Shown here piece after piece: positions 29,737 through 38,959 of a DNA stretch of 64,000 nucleotides; positions within the stretch are counted from its first letter, which is position 1, and every line of letters starts with the position of its first letter. Below the pieces are notes generated by a model that had not been told where the DNA came from, searched no databases, and worked only from the letters and a program-made list of their open reading frames with translations. The DNA is from a virus. The stretch covers positions 1,076 through 65,075 of IMG/VR virus record IMGVR_UViG_3300025886_000014; one strand, given 5' to 3'. The position numbers and the translations under genes are program-made.

Positions 29737-30966
29737 CTATGCTATTATAAATGCTCTTACTTGGAGTTGCCATTTTGTTGCTGTTAATACACCAGTTCCC
29801 CCAGTATTTTTATCTTGATATATACCTGGCCCACTAGATGCAATTCTAAGAGTTACATTTGTAGCATCTACTACCGCACCGAACCCTTGTTCTGGACCGT
29901 CATTGTCCGTACTTGGATGTATATCAATAATATCATTTACAACATATCCACCCTGTGCGTCAATGCATTTAAGTCTATAAGTTATAATATCAGGTTCTAC
30001 ACCTAAACCATGAGTGAAAACATTTTGACCAGAATTTGAAATTCCGACATAAGAACTTACATACTTTTTTACTAGTTTGCCAGAAACGTCTGTGGATATT
30101 TGTCTTTTTACTTGTAAAGGAGTCATAATTAAATTATTTAAAAGACCACTATCTGCCTCAAAACTATCTGCAATCATATCGCCAGTAATTGAAGCACCAG
30201 ATAGTGCGCCACTAAATGTTCCAGTTGTTGCTGTAATTCCACCAGTAGATGTTATAGCCGCTGAATTAATAGTGTTAAATGTTACGCTAGATGTTGAATC
30301 AACTTCTTGACCAATAGATATAGAATCAGAACTTCCAATAGTAACACCAGTTCCACCCAAAGCATTAAAATTGTTTATTGATGCTAGAGTTGCCGCTGAT
30401 AACGTAAGGCCAATTTTACCATTAGAATCAAGGGTAATATCACTATCGGTACTAAATGATCCACGCGCTCTAGAATCTGTAAAATATAGATTAGGGCTTC
30501 CTTCTGGAACATGTGAAGTAGTAAACCCAACTTGAGAATCTTTTAAAAGACCATCCAGATTGTGGATTACTGGAATTCTTGCTTTATTAAAAACTCCAGT
30601 TGTTATTTTAGTTGTTGGTAGATTTGGAATTCTAGTAGTAGTAAATTGACCACTAGTAATTACACTTGCTGGTAGCGGATCAAGATGTGATGGACTTATT
30701 GAACTACAATTAAAAGAAAAAAGACCGCTATTGGAATCATAAGACAATGTAGTATGACTACCGTTACCACCTGCTACAAGACTTAATGCTGTAGTAACGT
30801 AAGTTGAACCAGAACTTGCTTTAATCTCATTAATTGCTTGAACCAAATCGGTTTTATTAGTTGTAGTGAGATTATCAGGTTCACCTACATATCCAGACAT
30901 AGTGTTTGTTGCATTACGCCAAGTTTCTATTTTATCAGTTAAGTTTACTGTAATTTTTCTAGTCAT
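29737..30966 (-). CDS. Tail fibre-like protein (paralog of 41377-42588)
   Basis: N-terminus TWRNATN.M..YVGEPDNLTTTNKTDLVQAINEI and IPxL.xxKITTG repeats. Late promoter immediately upstream. Confidence 0.65.
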   Translation of the reverse strand: MTRKITVNLTDKIETWRNATNTMSGYVGEPDNLTTTNKTDLVQAINEIKASSGSTYVTTALSLVAGGNGSHTTLSYDSNSGLFSFNCSSISPSHLDPLPASVITSGQFTTTRIPNLPTTKITTGVFNKARIPVIHNLDGLLKDSQVGFTTSHVPEGSPNLYFTDSRARGSFSTDSDITLDSNGKIGLTLSAATLASINNFNALGGTGVTIGSSDSISIGQEVDSTSSVTFNTINSAAITSTGGITATTGTFSGALSGASITGDMIADSFEADSGLLNNLIMTPLQVKRQISTDVSGKLVKKYVSSYVGISNSGQNVFTHGLGVEPDIITYRLKCIDAQGGYVVNDIIDIHPSTDNDGPEQGFGAVVDATNVTLRIASSGPGIYQDKNTGGTGVLTATKWQLQVRAFIIA

Positions 30967-30997
30967 ATGCTCATCTTTGCTATAGGTTGCTTATGTT

Positions 30998-31005
30998 TAT
31001 TTATA
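30998..31005 (-). promoter_or_regulatory. T4-type late promoter TATAAATA
   Basis: TATTTATA on + at 30998-31005, overlapping the stop codon of the last cassette gene and about 32 nt upstream of the ATG at 30966. Confidence 0.75.
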
Positions 31006-31447
31006 AGGTTTCTAAGGCTAGTTTAAACTCATCCTCATAATATTTTCTAACATCTGGAACCATTCCTTTCATTTTTAAAGGAAATTCTATATTTTTCAAT
31101 ATTTGATCATAAGTATCAATATCTAAATGATATTGAATAAAATGTGGATCGTTTTCCGCTAGTAGATATTTATCATTTAATAATTCAAAGAAATTTTCAT
31201 CAAAATCTTGAGATAACCAATATGCATAACATATAGCAACAAAATATGATTTTGCTGGTCTAATAGTTTCATCAACATATTCATTAAAGTGTAGTAAAGC
31301 ATCCCTTACAATATTTTCTTCACTCCATGTCACATCCATTTTATTCAAATCATCTGAATACTCTCTATTAAGTAAGTGATAAACTTGGGACGCTGTTCTC
31401 CATTTTCTCATACCAATCCAATAGCCCTTTATATCCGTTACATCCAT
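31001..31447 (-). CDS. Hypothetical protein of the radical SAM cassette (probable true start MRKWRT at 31411)
   Basis: ORF track. Overlaps the end of the upstream rSAM gene. No recognisable family. Confidence 0.6.
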   Translation of the reverse strand: MDVTDIKGYWIGMRKWRTASQVYHLLNREYSDDLNKMDVTWSEENIVRDALLHFNEYVDETIRPAKSYFVAICYAYWLSQDFDENFFELLNDKYLLAENDPHFIQYHLDIDTYDQILKNIEFPLKMKGMVPDVRKYYEDEFKLALETL

Positions 31448-32297
31448 TATCTAAATCCTTGACATATCGGTAATGTTCTGTTAAACAATTACCGAAATAT
31501 TTGCATGAAGCGCAAATCGGACTTATCATTTCTTCTTTTTCTTTTTCTGCCCAATCCAAGTAAGATTGAAAAGAATCCAACTCTTTAAAGTATTCCCTAT
31601 CGTGAACATCAAACTCCAATACTCCAAACTTGCCGTTAGGAGTAATGTAAACATGATCATCCGAAAATGCATTGTATAATCCACTAAAAGACTCCTCTAT
31701 CTTGTTTGCATTTACAAATTGAAAATCCATTTGATTTTCTAATTCCATCCACTGAATAACAAACTTTTCAAAATCTAAATGCGTCACAGTAAATGCATTT
31801 GCTTGATTAATAGAATATGGTTTAATCTCTACTGATTTAACAGCACCACACATATTCAATAATTTTATCATTTCATTTACATTCATCTTTAAAACTTGCG
31901 GTGATGCAAGAATAAGAACAGCAATCGGTACTGGACTCATCATCATATTCTGAAATACCAAATTTGATTTCTCTCTTGCTTCAAAATCGTAAGATACTGA
32001 TAGATAAACATCGTCATCAAAGAAACCATCATGCATCATAGAATAGTTTGTGTTGATATTTATTTTTTTACCATAATACTTTTTAATTGTATTTTTAACA
32101 TCATAAAAATAATTTTTCTTCATAGCACCAATTTCACCACCATATAGATCAACATGCTCTATATCTGGAATTTGTGAAAGTAATTCATCAAGTCTCTCAA
32201 TTGAAATTTTTTTCTGATCGCCTAATTGTTCTGAAGTAAGATAACAAAAATCACAGCGAAAATTACAAAAATAAGATGGATTTACAGATACAATCAT
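31368..32297 (-). CDS. Radical SAM protein with C-terminal Cys cluster (SPASM/twitch-like)
   Basis: CxxxCxxC in NPSYFCNFRCDFCY. C-terminal CASCKYFGNCLTEH...GCNG. Confidence 0.85.
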   Translation of the reverse strand: MIVSVNPSYFCNFRCDFCYLTSEQLGDQKKISIERLDELLSQIPDIEHVDLYGGEIGAMKKNYFYDVKNTIKKYYGKKININTNYSMMHDGFFDDDVYLSVSYDFEAREKSNLVFQNMMMSPVPIAVLILASPQVLKMNVNEMIKLLNMCGAVKSVEIKPYSINQANAFTVTHLDFEKFVIQWMELENQMDFQFVNANKIEESFSGLYNAFSDDHVYITPNGKFGVLEFDVHDREYFKELDSFQSYLDWAEKEKEEMISPICASCKYFGNCLTEHYRYVKDLDNGCNGYKGLLDWYEKMENSVPSLSLT

Positions 32298-33328
32298 GCA
32301 TATTCTCTTACATATTCAGTAACTTTAGTATCCATTCTATTTAAAGAGATTATATCTTTAGCCATAGATTTCATATGTTGACAGTGATCTTCAACCATGT
32401 TATGTTGTTTCAAATCTTTAATTGTTTTACGGCATCCATTACAAATTTCAAACATAGGACAGGTAAAACACGAATTTTTAAGACTCATTAAACTCAAATC
32501 ATTACTGAGAGGTGTCTCAAAACCCCCATTCATTTCATATTCAAAATCTATTGGTTTGTCAAAATCATCACCGAAAGAACCACAAGAATAGTAATCACCT
32601 TCTGGTTGAATATTACGAATGCCACTATCACAGTTTCTGGACTGAGGACATATGGTTGGTTTTTTTCTTAACCTATTTAACATTTGTTGAGTATTATGTT
32701 CCCAATCACTAAGTCCTGCTTTCCAAATTTGAATATATCTCTCATAAATTTTTGATAATCTATATGGTGCTGACTGAGAACCAGATGCCATAGCATAATT
32801 TACCTTACAAACAACATTCATCTTCTTAGCAAGTTGTACAGTCTGTATTACAGTATCTTCATTTTCATCCACAATTACCGCAATAAATGATGGTCTATAG
32901 CCTACATGCTCAAGCATCGCATCAGAACATTTCCAAAAATCTTCTTCTGTAAATTCACTGTAATCTCCCTTGAGCCTACCACCGCCATATTGAAATGAAG
33001 TCCCAACACCAATTCTATGATGATTAAAGAGTTCTGCCCATTTTTTTGGTTTCATTAAAAAAGGATACAAATTGGTTGTAAGGGATATTGTCGCTGGCAT
33101 ATCATGTTTATCTAAAAACTCTATTAATTTCCAATAGTAGTTTGGCCTCATCATTAAAGGATCACCACCATTTACGATGATAGTTTGCGTTTCAGGAAAT
33201 CTTTTAAGAAATTTGAATATCTTATTCAAATCAAGTACAGCAGTGTTATCCTCTTGAGTAATTTTAGAGGAAGAACAAAATGAACATTTAAAATTGCATA
33301 ATTCTGTTGGTTTGATAATTAAGTCCAT
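32294..33328 (-). CDS. Radical SAM/SPASM protein
   Basis: IIKPTELCNFKCSFCSS and NGGDPL. C-terminal CPQSRNC...YSCGSF...CFTCPMFEICNGC...HC. Confidence 0.9.
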   Translation of the reverse strand: MDLIIKPTELCNFKCSFCSSSKITQEDNTAVLDLNKIFKFLKRFPETQTIIVNGGDPLMMRPNYYWKLIEFLDKHDMPATISLTTNLYPFLMKPKKWAELFNHHRIGVGTSFQYGGGRLKGDYSEFTEEDFWKCSDAMLEHVGYRPSFIAVIVDENEDTVIQTVQLAKKMNVVCKVNYAMASGSQSAPYRLSKIYERYIQIWKAGLSDWEHNTQQMLNRLRKKPTICPQSRNCDSGIRNIQPEGDYYSCGSFGDDFDKPIDFEYEMNGGFETPLSNDLSLMSLKNSCFTCPMFEICNGCRKTIKDLKQHNMVEDHCQHMKSMAKDIISLNRMDTKVTEYVREYA

Positions 33329-33903
33329 GGAGAATTCTTTATATTAAAACCAAAATTCATTGTGATTCTTTGCACATTGGGTTTTCTAAAATCCTCAACT
33401 CTATGTTGAAAATTTAAATCTTGACTACCTAATATTAAATCATATTTTTTTGGTAAGTGATAACAAGTGACACGTTTATTTTGTCTCATATTTCGGAACA
33501 TTATTTCACCACCGACTCCTTGTTCCATATCAGTGAAATATAGTAAAAAGAAAACATTTGCACCTTCTCTTAAATCATTATGCCAAGAACTAGAACCATC
33601 ACATGCTCCATTCCAAATATATGAATATATTAATTTTTTGCTCTCATAACAATCGTCATACTTTGATAAGTATGTATCATACAATAAATCAGCAGTTTTC
33701 TTTATTTTGTTTCGCATACCATTCAAATGATAATTCCAACAAATGCTATAACTTTTACAATCATCACCATCATTTAACCATTTTATTTTTGGAATATTAT
33801 CACTACTCATATTTAACCACTTTAGTTTTGGCATAGTATCATTGATATGAATAAACATATTTTTATTATTTTCCATAAGATATCCTTGGTCTTTCATTTC
33901 CAT
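33319..33903 (-). CDS. 2OG-Fe(II) oxygenase
   Basis: WHND (HxD), LYFTD..GGEIMFR, FQHRVE (distal His), RITMNFGF (2OG-binding Arg). Confidence 0.8.
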   Translation of the reverse strand: MEMKDQGYLMENNKNMFIHINDTMPKLKWLNMSSDNIPKIKWLNDGDDCKSYSICWNYHLNGMRNKIKKTADLLYDTYLSKYDDCYESKKLIYSYIWNGACDGSSSWHNDLREGANVFFLLYFTDMEQGVGGEIMFRNMRQNKRVTCYHLPKKYDLILGSQDLNFQHRVEDFRKPNVQRITMNFGFNIKNSPWT

Positions 33904-34466
33904 GGAGATTCCTTTACTTTAAATCTAAAAAGCATTGTTATTCTTTCTTGCTTCAATTCTCTTGTATGCTCAACTCTATGCTGAAACTTTAAATCATCAC
34001 CTACACTTCCCATTACTATATCATATTTTTTAGGTAGATGAAAAGCAGTTATTCTTTTATTTTGTTTCATATTTCTGTACATTATCTCACCACCATTATT
34101 CGGTTCTGAGTCTGTAAAATACAAATTAAATTGTAAGTTGCCACCTTCAGTATCATGATGCCACTCACACGAACCAGTGTCCGTCCCATTCCACATAGTA
34201 TAATAATCCAAGTGTTTTTCGGTTTCCCACGGCAAGTAGGTTTCCCAAAGTAAATCGGCAGTTTTTAGCATCTTACTTTTCATGGAGTGGAAATAATAAT
34301 TCCACGCGACGCTTTGCCATCTGTCAGATTTATCAGAATTACTTCTCTTTAAGTATAACCATTTTAATTTTGGTAATGTATCTTTTATATGAATAAACAT
34401 ATCAGGATTATTTTCAATAAAACATCCAGAATTTTTATCAATATTCATTTTATTCCCAGCCCACAC
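33894..34466 (-). CDS. 2OG-Fe(II) oxygenase, tandem paralog (probable start MNIDK at 34448)
   Basis: WHHD, LYFTD..GGEIMYR, FQHRVEH, RITM. Clearly similar to the neighbouring gene throughout. Confidence 0.8.
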   Translation of the reverse strand: MWAGNKMNIDKNSGCFIENNPDMFIHIKDTLPKLKWLYLKRSNSDKSDRWQSVAWNYYFHSMKSKMLKTADLLWETYLPWETEKHLDYYTMWNGTDTGSCEWHHDTEGGNLQFNLYFTDSEPNNGGEIMYRNMKQNKRITAFHLPKKYDIVMGSVGDDLKFQHRVEHTRELKQERITMLFRFKVKESPWK

Positions 34467-34980
34467 TTACAGTCATTCTTGGTTTAGAGCCAAAATAAGG
34501 TCTAATACAATGTACCATAGAACTATTAAAAACTACTAACCTACCCACTTTTGGTTGTATTCTAGTCTTATTTTTTGGATATTGAAAAATATCAAGAGAA
34601 TCATAAATATCCAACTCACCACCTTGCCAACCATTATTATCTATATCTATAAAAAATAATGTAATGATTTTAGACTCTGTTCCATCATGATGTGGTTCCC
34701 AAATCATATTTTCATTATTATCTTTTTCATACTTGACAATTTTTATCAAATGTGATATAGCAATTTTTTTTACATTTGAATCTTTCACCATCGCAATAGT
34801 TTTTGCTTTATTCAGATTTGGAAAGTCATCCATATTATCTTTAATATTTATCGCCATATTTTTTTGCATGTTAAATCTTGGCAAATCCTCAATAGAGGGA
34901 TTGGCAAAAGAAAACTTGCTTTGTATTCTTTCAAGTTCTTTTTTATTCAAAAAATCATCATAAATTTCTACAGAATTCAT
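34450..34980 (-). CDS. 2OG-Fe(II) oxygenase (prolyl-4-hydroxylase-like)
   Basis: WEPHHD, WQGGEL, PKVGRLVVFNS..VHCIRP, RMTVS. Confidence 0.85.
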   Translation of the reverse strand: MNSVEIYDDFLNKKELERIQSKFSFANPSIEDLPRFNMQKNMAINIKDNMDDFPNLNKAKTIAMVKDSNVKKIAISHLIKIVKYEKDNNENMIWEPHHDGTESKIITLFFIDIDNNGWQGGELDIYDSLDIFQYPKNKTRIQPKVGRLVVFNSSMVHCIRPYFGSKPRMTVSVGWE

Positions 34981-36625
34981 CTAATCTTTCCTTTATCATT
35001 TCTTCATTTTTATTTAATAATATTTTCATTTCATTGACAATATCTTTACCTTTAAAGCGTCCCACATCAAACTTATCTATGCTATGTGGATTTTTATCAT
35101 AAAATATATTTCTTATTAATTCTTTGTAAACAAAAAACATAGGAATATCATTCAATATATTCCACAATTCTTTTGCTACCTCGGAAACATTTTCATATGT
35201 AGTATATTCACTTATAAAACTTAAACCTATATGTGGTGTAAACAAATTCATTATAAACATTTCTAGATATTCTTCAAACGTATATGAAAAACACTCAATT
35301 ATAGTATCATATTCATATGCAACATCCCCATATATTGGATTTACTTCAACATCATCCCATTTTCCGCTATAGTTACCATCAAATTGTGTTAATACTTTTG
35401 AAGTTTTTATTTTATACTTTTCTTGATATTCTTTACTGGCAGTTTCAGTCGCTGGTAAAACCATGTAAGGATATCTAGTGTCTGCCCATACGTCAAGACC
35501 TTTCCATTCTTCCCAATCTTTTCCTTCATTATACCCAACTCTATAGTATACTTTAAATTCCTCGTAAAAATCTTTTAGTGTAGATCCCGGCATCGCTAAA
35601 ATTAATTCTAAGTCTAACCATAATTCTTTTTCTTTAAAATTATTCCATTTATTAGTTAAATGATCCACCAACTCATAAGTTTCCTCAACATTAAGGTCTC
35701 TCCTGTTCGCAATTTTTCTCGCTTCTGGTGATATTGATTGTAAACTGATACTGATAACTTGACGAGTAATATCATGCTCAATCATAAAATCAAGCATTTC
35801 TTTTTTCTGTTCCAATTTTAAAGTTTTTAATACCGATAGATTTTCACCAATTTGAACCCCATTATCCACCATGTGCATCATCATTTCTCTATCACGTTCT
35901 TTAAACATTCCTGTATTAGCATCACACAAATCAATATGTACACCTTTGAACCGCCCTATAAATTCCATTTCATCCTTTATCACAGCCATAGGTTTTTTTA
36001 GAACTTTTGTTCCAGTACCGCCACCCCACTCACAATAAGAACACTTAAATGGGCATCCTCTAGTACTTTCATATATCAATGTTATTCGCTCATATAAGTC
36101 TATATTTTTAATGAAATGCTTATATTCTTTGGTAAAATAATCTTCACATCTCTTATATACATTCGTATGTCCAAATGGAAGAGGAATTTTTAAAGAACTA
36201 CCCAAATAAAATGGAATCTTTTTCTTATCAACAGAATCCTCTAAATACATATCAAGAAAGTATTGAACGAATATTTCTCCTGGAGCAAGAGGGTCTGCAA
36301 CATAGTCATAATCTTTTATTATATCAGGGTCTTGTTGAGGACCACCCATAACTACTATGGTATCTGAGTCAAGGCCATTTCGTATCCTTTGGTTAATTTT
36401 ATAATTCCAAACATAATTGGTAAAAAATACAATAGAACACCCTTTAACATTATCCAAACAATCTTGTATTGTAACTTCATTCCATTTGAATATTGGCTCC
36501 ACCCAAGTAACTTTTTCTGGATATTTACCGTAATCTTCATAAAAACATTTAAAAAGCATCCAATGATAATTAAATTCGGCCCTTGAAGGTATTCCTGTTG
36601 GATTTATATAACCTACTTTAATCAC
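34958..36625 (-). CDS. Radical SAM protein with N-terminal cobalamin-binding-like domain (class B methylase-like)
   Basis: YESTRGCPFKCSYCEWGG. N-terminal FTNYVWN...VVMGGPQ resembles the B12-binding domain. C-terminal ELILAMPG.T motif. Confidence 0.75.
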   Translation of the reverse strand: MIKVGYINPTGIPSRAEFNYHWMLFKCFYEDYGKYPEKVTWVEPIFKWNEVTIQDCLDNVKGCSIVFFTNYVWNYKINQRIRNGLDSDTIVVMGGPQQDPDIIKDYDYVADPLAPGEIFVQYFLDMYLEDSVDKKKIPFYLGSSLKIPLPFGHTNVYKRCEDYFTKEYKHFIKNIDLYERITLIYESTRGCPFKCSYCEWGGGTGTKVLKKPMAVIKDEMEFIGRFKGVHIDLCDANTGMFKERDREMMMHMVDNGVQIGENLSVLKTLKLEQKKEMLDFMIEHDITRQVISISLQSISPEARKIANRRDLNVEETYELVDHLTNKWNNFKEKELWLDLELILAMPGSTLKDFYEEFKVYYRVGYNEGKDWEEWKGLDVWADTRYPYMVLPATETASKEYQEKYKIKTSKVLTQFDGNYSGKWDDVEVNPIYGDVAYEYDTIIECFSYTFEEYLEMFIMNLFTPHIGLSFISEYTTYENVSEVAKELWNILNDIPMFFVYKELIRNIFYDKNPHSIDKFDVGRFKGKDIVNEMKILLNKNEEMIKERLDEFCRNL

Positions 36626-37256
36626 CTTTATAGAACTCCATATTCATAAATTGTATCTTTGTGAACCCTTTTAAAACCTTAGACGTATATGGAGTTTCCA
36701 TTATAGCACTGTCTGGATGGGTAGACATTTTTTTCATTTGAGTGTATAGTGTTTTGGCTGTAGGAACGTAAATAGGTCTATTCTCAATTTCAGTTTTGCA
36801 AAATTTCACCATGATTTTATAAAAGTCTATTTCTTGCCTTCTGGTTAAGCAATCTCTATAAATTCCATTTATTTGAATATTTGACATTATTGTATAATTT
36901 TTAGTTTTCTCTGTACCAATCCACCCTAACTCATAATCATTATTCACTGCTGTTTTGGGTGACCCAGTAAATTGAGTAGTGTAATCTTCTATCATAGATT
37001 TACTATTAACTTCAGATAATAAATTACTTGATAATGGAACACTAAAAACGTACACTTCACTACTCAAAAAATTATCTAAAAAATGAATACATGGGGGTAA
37101 TTCTATATCAACTGAATAATCAAATACTGTACGGCACACATTATAGTCTATATCAATTTCTTTTATTGGAGTAATTAATCTTTTCGCTCTTGTTGGAAAC
37201 CTATTTATAAAAGATTGACTTATTGGAGATTTATCACCATTTCCATAAAAAAACAT
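36618..37256 (-). CDS. Hypothetical protein of the radical SAM cassette
   Basis: ORF track, 212 aa, tightly packed between rSAM genes. No family recognised. Confidence 0.6.
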   Translation of the reverse strand: MFFYGNGDKSPISQSFINRFPTRAKRLITPIKEIDIDYNVCRTVFDYSVDIELPPCIHFLDNFLSSEVYVFSVPLSSNLLSEVNSKSMIEDYTTQFTGSPKTAVNNDYELGWIGTEKTKNYTIMSNIQINGIYRDCLTRRQEIDFYKIMVKFCKTEIENRPIYVPTAKTLYTQMKKMSTHPDSAIMETPYTSKVLKGFTKIQFMNMEFYKGD

Positions 37257-37257
37257 C

Positions 37258-38298
37258 TCATCTTAATCCTTGATTTTCAATATATCTATGTGTCATCTTA
37301 TAAACACATTCATCAAAAATTTCCTCTGCATATTTGTAATCGTGTGCCATGAAACACCCAAGAGTACATCTATGGAAATATTCACAAGTAGAGCAATTGT
37401 ACTTCTCAAGAAATGCTTTCTCAATAGGCTTATTATTGGCCTTTTGTATATCAGTTTTATACATTGCTTTATCTCTTGGCTCTTGAACAAGATTTCCACA
37501 CAAACACATAGTCCCATCCTCAAGAACTAATTTAGATGATCTGCATGAAACAACATTACGTTCATTTTCTATCCAAGAACGAATAGGTTCAATCTTAGGA
37601 TAATTATCTATAAAATGTGTAAAAATATCGTAATGTTCTTTATCTGTCGGCATACTTCTTTCTGCTTGACAATCGGGCATGTAGTAATCAGCATAAACCT
37701 TAACACCTTTATGATATAGATCATGCATAAAATCTTTTGGATCAGTAAGCCAATATCTTATATTTGATTTAGTTAGAAGAACACCTATACCTTCTAAATC
37801 ATCCCAAAAATCATATACATTCTCTTTGAAAATTTCTAAGTTTGGTTTGTTAAATCTACCTCTAGGATCATATGAGGTTACAAGTTTTGTAGCACATCCC
37901 ATATCCCTACACGCTTTTAATATTTCTCTCACATAATCCTTTTTACTAATAACAAGATTAGTTACCCAATTAATACTCACTTCATCAAAGTTATATTTTT
38001 TTCCTAAGTTTACTATTCCTTGAGCAAGAGAAATGTAGTCATTCTTCAATTTTTCATCAAAAATTTCATCGGCAAATATTTCGCCACCCATAATATTTAA
38101 AACAACACGTTTTCTCATTTCTTTCTCAAAGAATTTTTCTATTGATTCTAATTTATCTAAAACTGTATCAATACCCACAATGTTGTCATGGTCTTGCCAG
38201 CAAAATGGGCAAGATAGATTACAAAACTCAAACAAATGAATTGTATATTCTTGCTGCTTATCTCTTTTATCTCTTAAAATAAAATCTACTAAATCCAA
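37258..38298 (-). CDS. Radical SAM protein with C-terminal Cys cluster (SPASM-like)
   Basis: IHLFEFCNLSCPFCWQ and MGGEI. C-terminal CRSS...MCLCGN...CSTCEYFHRCTLGCF...EC. Confidence 0.88.
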   Translation of the reverse strand: MDLVDFILRDKRDKQQEYTIHLFEFCNLSCPFCWQDHDNIVGIDTVLDKLESIEKFFEKEMRKRVVLNIMGGEIFADEIFDEKLKNDYISLAQGIVNLGKKYNFDEVSINWVTNLVISKKDYVREILKACRDMGCATKLVTSYDPRGRFNKPNLEIFKENVYDFWDDLEGIGVLLTKSNIRYWLTDPKDFMHDLYHKGVKVYADYYMPDCQAERSMPTDKEHYDIFTHFIDNYPKIEPIRSWIENERNVVSCRSSKLVLEDGTMCLCGNLVQEPRDKAMYKTDIQKANNKPIEKAFLEKYNCSTCEYFHRCTLGCFMAHDYKYAEEIFDECVYKMTHRYIENQGLR

Positions 38299-38952
38299 TC
38301 AAACTTCTCCTGCACCAACTCCCCAAGTTAATAGGAAAAGTGGATTTTTTTCATAGGACCAATAATCAAATAAACCCTTTCCATTAAACATATATTCATT
38401 AAAATATTTAGAATAATAGGTCAAGTTTTTTTCATCTAATCCATTGTAGTAATAATAAAAATCTTCATGTTTTAATAAAGATACAAAATTAATACCTTTT
38501 ATATCATCAGTATCATCTTCTTCATGTGATATTACCCAATCTTTCATCTCATCATCTTGGATAATATACATATTATAAAGTGTCAATGAATCTAACTTTT
38601 TAATCCAAGTATCAATGACTTCTTTGTTATCATCAATGAAATCTTGATAGCAACCTAAACATTCTAAAGATAGATTTTTTTTCACCAAAAGAACCTCAAT
38701 AATAAATTCTTCTAAAACTTTAATATTTAATATTTGTGGAAACTGAAGATATATTTTTGCAAGGTTCTCTAAATCATTTCCTTCAACTTTAATATCACAA
38801 GGTAACTCTAAGTTGCTTAAATAAACGAGTAATTTCTCACCTTGTAACTCACTATTTTCATAATCAATAATAAAATTAATACTATCATCAGAAAAATATT
38901 TTTGTAAATCATCAATACCTAGTGGTGCAGTCACTGTAACATAATTATTCAT
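38299..38952 (-). CDS. Hypothetical acidic protein of the radical SAM cassette
   Basis: ORF track, 217 aa, directly downstream of the CHSN-repeat gene. No family recognised. Confidence 0.6.
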   Translation of the reverse strand: MNNYVTVTAPLGIDDLQKYFSDDSINFIIDYENSELQGEKLLVYLSNLELPCDIKVEGNDLENLAKIYLQFPQILNIKVLEEFIIEVLLVKKNLSLECLGCYQDFIDDNKEVIDTWIKKLDSLTLYNMYIIQDDEMKDWVISHEEDDTDDIKGINFVSLLKHEDFYYYYNGLDEKNLTYYSKYFNEYMFNGKGLFDYWSYEKNPLFLLTWGVGAGEV

Positions 38953-38959
38953 AATAAAA

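Noticed and set aside
9217-30966. Diversity-generating retroelement acting on the fibre genes
   Set aside because: No reverse transcriptase, and no template/variable repeat pair differing only at adenines was seen in this window.
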